Source: Patescibacteria group bacterium (GTDB lineage: Bacteria; Patescibacteriota; Patescibacteriia; PEXW01). From it: DNA of 64,000 nt. The position numbers and the translations under genes are program-made. The notes below the pieces were generated by a model. The model saw only the letters and a program-made list of their open reading frames with translations. It was not told the origin of the DNA and did not search any database. Below, in pieces: positions 36,111 to 45,369 of the stretch (position 1 is the stretch's first letter; each line of letters opens with the position of its first letter). The stretch is from NCBI GenBank assembly GCA_041738495.1, contig JBGSPR010000011.1:1495-65494 (forward strand), read 5' to 3'.

Positions 36111-37496
36111 CTACTCGTTACGCGCCGCATCCAACCGCTCACCGAGTGGGTGGAGTGACGCAACGCGCTCTGAAATAATGAGCACGTTCTTCATCTTGTA
36201 CCCGAGCTGGTTGAAGAGCTCACGTGAGGGAATGCCGCGCCGCTGGCCGTTGGAAATAACGCTAATTCCTCCCTCACCCTGTATGCGTACCAGTTCACCA
36301 TCGCGGAGGGTGAGCGGGTCACCCTTCGCGTAGCTCAGGAGCTCGCTATTGGTGATGGTTATTGTTGGCTTTCGATTTGGAAAACGTGAGCGGAGAATAG
36401 CGCGGTCGAGGATGGGGTGCCACACGCCTTGCTCTATCCATACCACAGCACCGTTCTCTTTGACGCGTACCAGGGCTCCGGCTGGGTAGGCATTCGTATT
36501 CGAAATCTGCACACCATCGAGGTAGCCAGCGAGATCTTCAGCACTCACGTCAATAACTTCTTCTGGGTTGAACCCTAAGTTACGAAATACCTCGGCGTCT
36601 TGAATGAGTCGCTTCTCATCGCCACTGAGGAGGTAGGTGTTGCCATCGGGCGTTCGCACGAGTGAGTAATTCGGTAGCGTTAGGTCTGCTCCGCGCGGGT
36701 ACTGCTCGAGGGCATCAGTAGTTATGTTGAGGATTTTCGTGTAGTCTCCAAAGCGTGTCAGGAAAGCGGAGCGGGTTTGTATTGCACGTCGCATGCCGTT
36801 CTGTACCAGCCAGATCGTTCCCTTGCTGCCAACTCGAACGAGGGATCCATCTGGGTAGAGTTTGCTGAACCAACCTGTGTAGAAGGTGTAGAAGTTGTAG
36901 TTTCCGTTGTAGACGTGCGGAGTGTAGTTGAAGAGCGCAGCTGTCGCCTGGTTCTGGATGCTCACCGTCGTGGTTCGGCTGCTACCGAGATCACTGAAGG
37001 TGTAGGTGCCACCTGCGACGTAGCTGTAGCGACCGGGGTAGTCCAGGTACTGGCGGAACTGCCAGGTTGCAAAATCCATTTGTCGGTAGAAGCCGGCGGC
37101 TTTCCCACTACAACCCCCACTATCAGGGCACCCGTACCCCATAGCGTAGTCAAAGGCTCGCTGCGATGGCGACTTGTGCGTCAGCAAACTCTGCTCTTTC
37201 TGGAGCGTGACGAGGATGACTTTTGGGTTTATCGTGTACAGCCGGGCAATTTCTACAATGGCATCGCTCACTGATTTGCTCACCCCGTTGAAGTCCTGGA
37301 TGGTTTTGTTCGTCAACGTTCCGCCACGGCGCGAGAGGAAGAGCTGGACGTCTGCCGCGGTCATGCTCGTGCTCGCAGTAAACTCCTGGTCTGAAATAAT
37401 CATACCAGGGGTAAATGCAGCATTCGTGATGAACGGCACACTCAGTCCGACCGTCGCCGTGATGAGCAGGAGTGCCCCGCGGGAGCGGTTACGCAT
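36111..37496 (-). CDS. Secreted protein with a putative cell-wall hydrolase-like N-domain and four C-terminal repeats
   Basis: Signal peptide; FTPGMIISD, INPKVILVTLQKEQSL, AMGYGCPD, NQATAALFNYTPH; repeats of the form xPxGxLVR..G.RR.I. Confidence 0.6.
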   Translation of the reverse strand: MRNRSRGALLLITATVGLSVPFITNAAFTPGMIISDQEFTASTSMTAADVQLFLSRRGGTLTNKTIQDFNGVSKSVSDAIVEIARLYTINPKVILVTLQKEQSLLTHKSPSQRAFDYAMGYGCPDSGGCSGKAAGFYRQMDFATWQFRQYLDYPGRYSYVAGGTYTFSDLGSSRTTTVSIQNQATAALFNYTPHVYNGNYNFYTFYTGWFSKLYPDGSLVRVGSKGTIWLVQNGMRRAIQTRSAFLTRFGDYTKILNITTDALEQYPRGADLTLPNYSLVRTPDGNTYLLSGDEKRLIQDAEVFRNLGFNPEEVIDVSAEDLAGYLDGVQISNTNAYPAGALVRVKENGAVVWIEQGVWHPILDRAILRSRFPNRKPTITITNSELLSYAKGDPLTLRDGELVRIQGEGGISVISNGQRRGIPSRELFNQLGYKMKNVLIISERVASLHPLGERLDAARNE

Positions 37497-37505
37497 AGCT
37501 TTTGG

Positions 37506-37534
37506 ATACTACCACATCCAGAGAACGCGTGCAA
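37506..37534 (-). promoter_or_regulatory. Leaderless-type promoter
   Basis: TTGCAC, 17 nt, TAGTAT (with extended TG), 9 nt, ATG 37496. Confidence 0.6.
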
Positions 37535-37544
37535 GCCAGTTACC

Positions 37545-37573
37545 TTGCCACTGCGCGGAAAACAGCGCATAGT
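37545..37573 (+). promoter_or_regulatory. Leaderless-type promoter of the tagA-like gene and gltX
   Basis: TTGCCA, 17 nt, CATAGT, 6 nt, ATG 37580. Confidence 0.55.
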
Positions 37574-37579
37574 GCACGC

Positions 37580-38281
37580 ATGCAGCGCATTACGTACCGC
37601 ACGCTCCGCATAGACACTGGGACTGCAGCCGAAGCACGCGAGCGCGTCCTCGCGCTCATCCGTAGTTCTACGCCGCAGCAGGTTATTACCGTTAACCCTG
37701 AGTACGTCGTACTCGCGGTGCATCACCCAGAACTTGCTGAGCTCACCCAACGCGCAGGCTTGGTCGTTGTGGACGGCATTGGTCTTGCTTGGGCACTTCG
37801 GAAGTACGGTCCGTGCGAACGCTACGCTGGTGCTGACATGGTAGTGGATCTCTGTACGGAAGCTGCAGCACGGCACCTCCGAGTGGGTGTCGTGGTTCCA
37901 GTGGGCGGTCTCTCTCACCCCGATGTTGTTGTGCGAGCACTGCAGCAGCAATTTCCTGGTCTTACGTGTGCGGCATGGGTGCGAACAGGTGAGGTTACTG
38001 CTGCAGTTCGTGCATTCCAACCGCAGATCCTGTTCGTCGCACTCGGTCAACCAGAGCAAGATACGTGGATTGCTACACATGCAGCAGAGCTCGCGGGGAC
38101 TTCTGTACTCGTCGGTGTTGGAGGCGCTATTGACTTCCTCACCGGCGCGCGCCGTCGAGCGCCTCGATTCTTGCGGCGTCTTGGTTTAGAATGGGGATGG
38201 CGCATGTGCACGCAGCCTTGGCGCCTTCCTCGCATTATTCGTGCCACCTTTGGTTTCTGGTACACCATACTCTTCCGATGA
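37580..38281 (+). CDS. WecB/TagA/CpsF family glycosyltransferase (GT26)
   Basis: TVNPE, DGIG, GAD, LFVALGQPEQD, GVGGAIDF, RAP, GLEW. Confidence 0.9.
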   Translation: MQRITYRTLRIDTGTAAEARERVLALIRSSTPQQVITVNPEYVVLAVHHPELAELTQRAGLVVVDGIGLAWALRKYGPCERYAGADMVVDLCTEAAARHLRVGVVVPVGGLSHPDVVVRALQQQFPGLTCAAWVRTGEVTAAVRAFQPQILFVALGQPEQDTWIATHAAELAGTSVLVGVGGAIDFLTGARRRAPRFLRRLGLEWGWRMCTQPWRLPRIIRATFGFWYTILFR

Positions 38282-39729
38282 CCCCAATCCGCGTACGTTT
38301 CGCACCCTCGCCAACAGGCCGCCTGCACATAGGTGGCTTGCGTAGTGCGCTGTACAACTACCTCTTCGCGAAGAAGCAGCATGGTACGTTCGTGCTGCGC
38401 ATTGAGGATACCGACCAAAAACGTACTGTACCCGGGGCAGTTGAAGACATTGTTGATGGTTTACATGCGTACGGATTGATCCCTGATGAGGGTTTCGTTC
38501 GGGAGAGCGGTGCACTCGTGGAGCGAGGGAGCTACGGTCCGTACGTCCAGTCCAAGCGTCTTCACCTGTACCGTAGCGCAGCAGAAACGCTCGTCGAGCA
38601 GGGGAGAGCGTACCCATGCTTTTGCACACCAGAACGTCTCGCAGCGCTACGCGCGCAGCAGGAAGCCCAGCACCTACCACCCGGGTACGATGGTGCTTGC
38701 CGATCGATCACACCTGCAGAGGCAGAACAGCGACAGCAGGCAGGGGAGCCGCACGTCATTCGCTTTCGCGTACCAACCGACGGCGCAACAACTTCGCACG
38801 ACCTCGTACGAGGTGACGTAACTTTTCGGCACGCAACTCTAGAGGATGCAGTTCTCTTGAAAACTGATGGCTTTCCAACGTACCACTTGGCGAACGTCGT
38901 AGACGACCATGCAATGGCAATTTCCCATGTCATTCGAGCCGAAGAATGGCTCCCGTCTCTGCCACTCCACCTCTTGCTCTACCAAGCGTTCGGCTGGCAA
39001 GCCCCAGCGTACGCCCACCTCCCACTCGTCCTCGGGCCAACGCGGAAGAAGCTCTCGAAACGTGATGGCGATACAGCAGCAACGGACTACCTCGCTGTCT
39101 ACTTGCCAAGTGCGGTGCTGAACTTCATTGCCCTCCTGGGTTGGAACCCGAAGACAGAGCGTGAGTTCTACCACACGCTACCCGAACTCGTTGAGGATTT
39201 TGATATTGCCAAGGTGAATACGTCGGGAGCAATATTCGATGTGAAGAAACTGGAACACCTCCACCGCCTGCACTTGCGTGCCACGGCGCCAGAGCGCATT
39301 GCCCAGGCAGCGCATCTGCCGTTGCGCGAGGATGAAGCACGCCGGTACATTCCATTGGTTATTGACCGTGCAGTTAAGCTCACCGACCTTGAGCCTGCGC
39401 TCACCTATCTCACAGGTAATTGTCCAATGTACGACGCGTCCCTCCTCATTCCAAAGCAGGGGAGTGCCGAGCACACCAGCGCTCGGCTGCGCGCAGTGCT
39501 TGAGTGGCTGAGTGCACTCTCGGATGCGTACTGGGAAAGCAGCGCGAGTATGCGCGAGCAATGCATTGCGTGGATTGCCGAGAAACGTTGGACGAACCAA
39601 GAAGTACTGTGGCCATTTCGTGTTGCGCTTACTGGTTCTCGCACAAGTCCAGACGTCTTCGACAGCGCAGCCGCCTTGGGCAAGGAGCGAACTCTCCAAC
39701 GGCTGCAGGAAGCAATTGCAAAGTTCTGA
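38278..39729 (+). CDS. gltX: Glutamate-tRNA ligase
   Basis: RVRFAPSPTG, HIGG, RIEDTD, PTYHLANVVDD, KLSKR. Start at ATG 38278. Confidence 0.96.
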   Translation: MTPIRVRFAPSPTGRLHIGGLRSALYNYLFAKKQHGTFVLRIEDTDQKRTVPGAVEDIVDGLHAYGLIPDEGFVRESGALVERGSYGPYVQSKRLHLYRSAAETLVEQGRAYPCFCTPERLAALRAQQEAQHLPPGYDGACRSITPAEAEQRQQAGEPHVIRFRVPTDGATTSHDLVRGDVTFRHATLEDAVLLKTDGFPTYHLANVVDDHAMAISHVIRAEEWLPSLPLHLLLYQAFGWQAPAYAHLPLVLGPTRKKLSKRDGDTAATDYLAVYLPSAVLNFIALLGWNPKTEREFYHTLPELVEDFDIAKVNTSGAIFDVKKLEHLHRLHLRATAPERIAQAAHLPLREDEARRYIPLVIDRAVKLTDLEPALTYLTGNCPMYDASLLIPKQGSAEHTSARLRAVLEWLSALSDAYWESSASMREQCIAWIAEKRWTNQEVLWPFRVALTGSRTSPDVFDSAAALGKERTLQRLQEAIAKF

Positions 39730-39731
39730 AC

Positions 39732-39760
39732 TTGCAGAAGCCTGAAAAAAGTGCTATAGT
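39732..39760 (+). promoter_or_regulatory. Leaderless-type promoter
   Basis: TTGCAG, 17 nt, TATAGT (with extended TG), 8 nt, ATG 39769. Confidence 0.65.
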
Positions 39761-39768
39761 GTTGGCGT

Positions 39769-41037
39769 ATGGTGAAACAGAAAAACACACCGTGGCACTA
39801 CATTGGCCTAGCGCTGGTTGCCAGCGTCATTTTTGCATTCCCAACTACCGGCTTCCTCCAGCAGGACACAGTGGGTGAGGCAACGCCAACGACGAGCGAA
39901 GACATCCAACGGGCGATTGAGCAGAAGCAAGAACAGCAACGCCTGCTCCAGCAGCAAGCAGAGGAGTACCAGCGCGTTATTGCAGAGAAGCAGAAGGTGG
40001 CCGCGAGTTTGCAGAATGAACTCGAGCTCCTGGACGCGCAGGTGAGCAAGTCAGAATTGGACTTGCAAACCTTGGATTTCTCCATAGAGGAGAAGCGATT
40101 AGAAATTCTCGGTGCACAGAAGAGCATTGAGGAGACCCAGGGAGATATTGACCAGCAGCAGACCTACCTGGCAGACCTCGTACGAACTATGTACCGGTAC
40201 GACCAGAAAGACACACTAGAGCTCTTCGTCGTGCACAGTTCTTTTTCGGAAATTGTTCAGGACATTCGTGCTACGACATCGTTGGAGTACAAAGTACGCA
40301 GCGCCTTAGATACCGTGCAGGCGAAGAAGGCAAACCTCGAGCGTGAGAAGGCGGATCGCGAGCTACGCATGCGTGAGCTCGAATCACTGCAGGGTGAGGT
40401 TGAAGCAGCGACGCAGGCTCTGGAAGCACAGCAAGAGTACAAAACTACAATTCTCACAGATACCCGAGAAGACGAGCAGCAGTACAACCAGCTTCTCGAG
40501 CAATCGAAGCAGGAGCAGCTACGGGCGGACAGCGATATTCGTTTACTGCAAGAGCAAGCGCAAGCCAAGCTTGGCAATTCCCCTGGAGGCACGAACACAG
40601 ATGGCTCAACGTTTACCGGAAACCGTAACGTTCAACTGTCGTGGCCAGTCTCGCCCCTCAAAGGCATAAGCGCGTACTTCCATGATCCGAGCTACCCGTA
40701 CCGACGGTACTTCGAGCACCCAGCCATCGATATTCCAACTCCGCAGGGGACTGCTATTAGCGCCCCAGATGATGGGTACGTTGCGCGTGCGAAGAACGCC
40801 GGCCTAGGCTATAGCTACATTCTCATCGTCCATTCGAACAGCATTTCCACGGTCTTCGGCCACGTGAGTCAAATCAACGTCGCTGAGGATACTTTCGTCA
40901 AGAAAGGACAAATCATCGGTCGGTCAGGTGGCATGCCAGGAACCCCAGGTGCAGGCCGACTCACGACCGGGCCGCACTTGCACTTTGAAGTTCGATTGAA
41001 TGGTATTCCCGTAAACCCGCTGGACTACTTGCCGTGA
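39769..41037 (+). CDS. Coiled-coil M23 family peptidase (EnvC-like architecture)
   Basis: Signal/TM segment, long coiled coil, HPAID, GH, TTGPHLHFEVR, NPLDYL; Zn ligands intact. Confidence 0.9.
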   Translation: MVKQKNTPWHYIGLALVASVIFAFPTTGFLQQDTVGEATPTTSEDIQRAIEQKQEQQRLLQQQAEEYQRVIAEKQKVAASLQNELELLDAQVSKSELDLQTLDFSIEEKRLEILGAQKSIEETQGDIDQQQTYLADLVRTMYRYDQKDTLELFVVHSSFSEIVQDIRATTSLEYKVRSALDTVQAKKANLEREKADRELRMRELESLQGEVEAATQALEAQQEYKTTILTDTREDEQQYNQLLEQSKQEQLRADSDIRLLQEQAQAKLGNSPGGTNTDGSTFTGNRNVQLSWPVSPLKGISAYFHDPSYPYRRYFEHPAIDIPTPQGTAISAPDDGYVARAKNAGLGYSYILIVHSNSISTVFGHVSQINVAEDTFVKKGQIIGRSGGMPGTPGAGRLTTGPHLHFEVRLNGIPVNPLDYLP

Positions 41038-41081
41038 GTAATAGGGAAGTTCTAGATACAGCCACGTTTGTTCATACTAAT

Positions 41082-41109
41082 GAGTCGCACAATATATCTT
41101 AGGCGAATC
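41082..41109. other. Putative dif (Xer recombination) site
   Basis: GAGTCGCACAA-TATATC-TTAGGCGAATC: an 11-6-11 imperfect inverted repeat in an AT-rich convergent gap at the gene-strand switch. Confidence 0.6.
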
Positions 41110-41146
41110 AAAAGTACTATTACGGCTTTTTTCCCGCTCTCGTCGC

Positions 41147-41587
41147 CTACTTTAGGCTTATGAGTACGAACACGAGGATAGCCAGGTAAAACCCCTGTAT
41201 GGCCAATCCTGGGCCTCTAGAGACCTCCCACTGCGCGCGTTCATGGAGTGTGTAGAATGCGCGGAGTATCCGTGCCCACGGATCTTGCTTTTCAAATAAG
41301 GTAAGGAAGTCTGGAAGTGACGCCCAGCACACCCCCCAGAGAACCGACAACCACACCTCGGAAAACCAGAACATGAGGAGTCCAGTGACGAGAATAGTAC
41401 CAACCATATCTGGGCCGAAGGATACCCAAAAACCCCGTAGTGTTCGTTTCTGCGGTACGGGGAAGTTCCAGTGCGGAGTCGCATCGAGGAGTACATGTGT
41501 CGCAAAAGCAATTGGCGCGCTGAGTAGCGGTTGGTGCACGGCAATGCCGATGACTGCGCCGGTGACTGCGTGGAGGCTAAGGAGCAT
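41147..41587 (-). CDS. Small membrane protein, putative metal-dependent hydrolase
   Basis: HAVTG, HVLLDATPHW, LPD, late His; about four TM helices. Confidence 0.65.
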   Translation of the reverse strand: MLLSLHAVTGAVIGIAVHQPLLSAPIAFATHVLLDATPHWNFPVPQKRTLRGFWVSFGPDMVGTILVTGLLMFWFSEVWLSVLWGVCWASLPDFLTLFEKQDPWARILRAFYTLHERAQWEVSRGPGLAIQGFYLAILVFVLISLK

Positions 41588-41589
41588 GG

Positions 41590-42402
41590 CTACTTGACGT
41601 ACACGCGAGAAGGAACGGTTACATCGACGTACTCCACTTTCGTGCCTTGAATTTTTTGGTCGTACGCTGTGGTGAGCGCACTCAACTGAGCGTCGTAGTC
41701 ACCCAAACGGTCGAGGATAATATCCCACTCCCCTGCTACGCGTAACCGAATGAGCGTGCTCGGCGGTGCGCTGAGCGTGACCGTGCGTACGCGTAACGCG
41801 TCATCACCCCGATCTGCAAGTGCGCGCGTGAAGGCTACGATGAATGACGCGTCCGCTGCAGACATAACCGTACTTCCCACTGGGAGTTGGTCTGTTGACG
41901 ACTCTAGGATGAGCTGCGGGATGCCGGGGGTCGCTTCTCGCGTGAGCGTAGACGCTACGCCCTGTCGATCAACGTTGATGAATCCGTCTGGACGCGCAAT
42001 CGTGAATGCTGGTTGTTCCTCGGCAATCACCAGGCGAATTGTGCCTGGCATGTGTTTCTGAATATCAACGCTGGAGAATAGCCACTTCTCGCGTAGGCGT
42101 CGCTCGTACGCCCGAGCATCGAATGCCCAGAGTGAGTCTTGTGAGAAGAAGAGCATCCAGCGTCCACGGAGTTGTGCCTTGGTTACGCTACGGAGCTCCT
42201 CAAGCGGGAGCGCGTACGTTCCCTGTACTTCGAGTGTGGTAATTTTCCACGTTGGCAGACCGTAGAGGCAGTACGCAAAGCCTCCGGCGAAGAGCACAAC
42301 CAGCACGGCAAGTACCCACCGGTGCCGCAGGAGCCATGACTCCTGTGCGTAGCTGGATGGTACTGGGTGGCGGTAGGTTTGACGACTACGGGTGAAACGC
42401 AT
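41590..42402 (-). CDS. ftsQ: Cell division protein FtsQ/DivIB-like (POTRA domain)
   Basis: Single TM helix, WKITTLEVQG, KHMPGTIRLVIAE, C-terminal EYVDVTVPSRVYVK. Confidence 0.72.
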   Translation of the reverse strand: MRFTRSRQTYRHPVPSSYAQESWLLRHRWVLAVLVVLFAGGFAYCLYGLPTWKITTLEVQGTYALPLEELRSVTKAQLRGRWMLFFSQDSLWAFDARAYERRLREKWLFSSVDIQKHMPGTIRLVIAEEQPAFTIARPDGFINVDRQGVASTLTREATPGIPQLILESSTDQLPVGSTVMSAADASFIVAFTRALADRGDDALRVRTVTLSAPPSTLIRLRVAGEWDIILDRLGDYDAQLSALTTAYDQKIQGTKVEYVDVTVPSRVYVK

Positions 42403-42403
42403 G

Positions 42404-43525
42404 CTACGCAGTTACACGACGGGGAATGAGTGGGTTGAGTCTCGTGAGTACCTCGTAGGGAATTGTACCGCAAAGCCGTGCCAGCTCGCTTGCGGTTACG
42501 TGCGGGCCGATGAGCTCAACCATTGCACCTTCGTGAAGTCCTGGTGCCTTTGTGGCCTCCACCATTGTCAGGTTCATGCACACCCGGCCACGCACGGGTA
42601 AGCGGCGCGCACTCGCGTACACCACTCCACGGTTGGAGAGCGCTCGATCGTATCCATCCCAGTACCCTACGGGGAGGACAGCAATGCGGGCGGCTCCGCG
42701 AGTTCGGTAAGTTCGGTTATAGCCAATCGTCGTTCCCGCTGTCACGCGCTTGATTTGGATAACCCGCGTAGTCCAGGAAAGTGCGGGCGTGAGGGTGAAG
42801 TGTGGATACCGCGCTTGCACGCGACGTACATCTGCAACCGTATGAATGCCGTAGATTGACATGCCCACGCGCACCATGTCGAAGTGCGCGTCTGGATGGA
42901 CGAGAACTCCCGCAGAGCAATCCATGTGCTTGATGAGGCGGTGCCCGACTGCCACTTCAAGGCGTTTCGCGAGTGTCGCAAAACGTTCATGTTGGAGTTG
43001 CGAGAATTTCTGCCGTGCAGATTCAACTTCAGCAAAGTGACTGTACACCCCTTCGATGCTGAGGTTCGGGCAATGCCGAAGTTGCTCTACGACGTGCTGG
43101 AAATCTGTAGGGAGGAAACCGATGCGTGTTGTGCCAGTATCGAATTTCACGTGCACGAGAGCCTTCATTCTTGCACGTCTCGCTACCCGCTGGAGCCGTG
43201 CGAGGTCGCTCAATGTGTACGCAGGGAGACGAATGTTTGCGCGTATTGCGCGTCCGATGTGCCGATCGTCACCGTCGAGAATACTCAACACGAGAATTGA
43301 CTTCTTCGAGATCAGTTGGCGTACCTGGAGAGCCTCGGTTACCGATGCAACGCCAAACCAGTTTGCCCCAGCGCGCGCGAGGATTGGCGCACACTCCCCT
43401 ACTCCGTGCCCGTAGGCATTACTCTTTACTACTGCCATGAGCCGAACGCGCGGGCCGATGACGCGTCGAAAAGCGCGCACGTTGCGCGTGAGCGCCGAAC
43501 GCGAAATGCGAATTTCAGAAAGCAT
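42404..43525 (-). CDS. alr: Alanine racemase
   Basis: AVVKSNAYGHG, HVKFDTG, SHFA, IGY, GYWDG, GRVCMN, TIPYE. Confidence 0.95.
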   Translation of the reverse strand: MLSEIRISRSALTRNVRAFRRVIGPRVRLMAVVKSNAYGHGVGECAPILARAGANWFGVASVTEALQVRQLISKKSILVLSILDGDDRHIGRAIRANIRLPAYTLSDLARLQRVARRARMKALVHVKFDTGTTRIGFLPTDFQHVVEQLRHCPNLSIEGVYSHFAEVESARQKFSQLQHERFATLAKRLEVAVGHRLIKHMDCSAGVLVHPDAHFDMVRVGMSIYGIHTVADVRRVQARYPHFTLTPALSWTTRVIQIKRVTAGTTIGYNRTYRTRGAARIAVLPVGYWDGYDRALSNRGVVYASARRLPVRGRVCMNLTMVEATKAPGLHEGAMVELIGPHVTASELARLCGTIPYEVLTRLNPLIPRRVTA

Positions 43526-43535
43526 GCAGCAACGC

Positions 43536-44804
43536 TTAGGCTATGCGAATGTCGGTCAGCCCGTGCATGAATGGCTGCAGCACGCTGGGTACGCGCACAG
43601 AGCCATCAGCCTGCTGGTAGTTTTCCAGAATAGCAATAATTGTACGGCCAATTGCAAACGCGGTGCCGTTGAGTAAGTGCGCGATGCCATTCTTCCCATC
43701 CTTGCCTTTCACCCGAATGTTCAACGCGCGCGCTTGGTAGTCTGTCGTGTTCGAGGTGGAGTGCGTCTCTCGGTACTCACCCGCACCACCATTCTGCCCA
43801 GGCAACCAGCACTCGATGTCGTAGGTTTTTGCTGACGGGAAGCCCAAGTCGCCGGTGCAGAGCTGCACGACGCGGTACGGAAGTTCAAGCCCAGCGACGA
43901 GCTTCTCCTGCATGGCGAGGAGCTCCTGGTGGAGCGCCTCAGACTGCTCTGGGGCTGCCACGACGAACATTTCCACTTTATCAAATTGGTGCACGCGGAG
44001 TATGCCCTTCGTATCCTTGCCGTAACTGCCGGCTTCCCGACGGAAACAGGTTGAAAAGGCTGCGTACTTCTTTGGTGCCTCGCTTTCGGGGATAATCTCA
44101 TCTGCGTAGTACGGCCCTACTGATTGCTCAGATGTGCCAACCAGGTACTGCTTGTCTTTCTCTAGACGGTACACTTCTTCCTCACCACCTTGAGAGAGGT
44201 ACCCCATTGCTTCCATGTACTGCTCGTTGATGATGACTGGTGGGACAACAGCAATGAAGCCGGCTTTAGTGAGTTCACGCATGGCGTACTGCACCAGGGC
44301 AAACTCGAGAAGTGCGCCCGCGCCTTTGAGGTAGCCAAAACGACTACCAGAAACTTTTGCCCCGCGAGGCATGTCGATAATGTCAAGTTTTTCAGCGAGT
44401 GTGAGGTAGTCCTGTGGTCGCGCGATACTTCGTTTCTCACCAACCTCGCGTAACGTGACGTTCTCACGAGCCTCTTTCCCTACTGGCACATCGGGCAGAG
44501 GAATGTTCGGTAGTGATTGCAAGCGTCCATGGATAGTTTCTTCAGCGGCTTTCACGTGAGATTTCATTTCAGCCACCTCATTCGACAGTACCTTGAGCTG
44601 AGCAATTACTTCTTTCTCATGCGATTTTGATTTGCTTGCGGCATTGAGCGTTGCTTGTTTTTCCTCAAGTTTTCGCTGCATGTCGGCTGCACTCTGTAGC
44701 AGTGAGAGAATGCTCTCTGCTTCTCGTGCAAACTTCTCTCCTCGATTGGAAAGTCCATGGAGAACAGAATCTCGATTGGTGAGCATGTTCTTACGGTCGA
44801 GCAT
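43536..44804 (-). CDS. serS: Serine-tRNA ligase
   Basis: N-terminal coiled coil, GTSEQ, FRREAG, RVHQFDKVE, LNGTA, ENYQ. Confidence 0.97.
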   Translation of the reverse strand: MLDRKNMLTNRDSVLHGLSNRGEKFAREAESILSLLQSAADMQRKLEEKQATLNAASKSKSHEKEVIAQLKVLSNEVAEMKSHVKAAEETIHGRLQSLPNIPLPDVPVGKEARENVTLREVGEKRSIARPQDYLTLAEKLDIIDMPRGAKVSGSRFGYLKGAGALLEFALVQYAMRELTKAGFIAVVPPVIINEQYMEAMGYLSQGGEEEVYRLEKDKQYLVGTSEQSVGPYYADEIIPESEAPKKYAAFSTCFRREAGSYGKDTKGILRVHQFDKVEMFVVAAPEQSEALHQELLAMQEKLVAGLELPYRVVQLCTGDLGFPSAKTYDIECWLPGQNGGAGEYRETHSTSNTTDYQARALNIRVKGKDGKNGIAHLLNGTAFAIGRTIIAILENYQQADGSVRVPSVLQPFMHGLTDIRIA

Positions 44805-44808
44805 ACGT

Positions 44809-45369
44809 TTACAAACCTAGTTGATCAGAAATTTCTTGGAGCGCAGTGAGAACCATGTGGACGTGCTGTTCGAGCGGGATGCCCAGCTCCTCGGCACCTT
44901 GGAGAATTTCCTCGCGATGCACTTGGCGCGCAAAGGCTTTGTCTTTCATCTTCTTCACGACAGATTCGACCGTAACCTCGGCGAGCTTCCTGTTCGGCCG
45001 CACCAGGGCAACTGCGACGATGAACCCAGCAAGCTCGTCTACTGCAAATATGCACTTCTTCGCTCGCGTATCGCGCGGGGTATTCGTGTGCGCAGCGTGC
45101 GCGAGTACAGTGGCAATGAACTCGTCTGGGTAACCCTTCTGCTTGAGTTCGGCTGCGCCTTTGTATGGGTGATCCTGAAGTGTTGGGTAGCGTTCGTAGT
45201 CGAAGTCATGGAGCAACCCCACTTGACCCCAGAACTCCTCGTCCTCTCCGTAGTGTCTGGCGTAGGCACGCATTGCCGCTTCCACAGCGAGCATGTGCTT
45301 GCGCAAGTTTGGATTGCTCACCCACGCTTCGAGCAGTGCGTAGCTCTCGGCCCGAGTTGGGAGGTTCAT
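44809..45369 (-). CDS. HD-superfamily hydrolase (COG2316-like)
   Basis: KHMLAVE, LLHDFDYE, AH, DELAG; ATGA-coupled to lysS. Confidence 0.8.
   Translation of the reverse strand: MNLPTRAESYALLEAWVSNPNLRKHMLAVEAAMRAYARHYGEDEEFWGQVGLLHDFDYERYPTLQDHPYKGAAELKQKGYPDEFIATVLAHAAHTNTPRDTRAKKCIFAVDELAGFIVAVALVRPNRKLAEVTVESVVKKMKDKAFARQVHREEILQGAEELGIPLEQHVHMVLTALQEISDQLGL

Noticed and set aside
41076-41110. Hammerhead-ribozyme-like CTAATGAG...CGAA
   Set aside because: The core deviates from CTGANGA and GAAA, and stems I and III are absent; the dif-like reading fits better.
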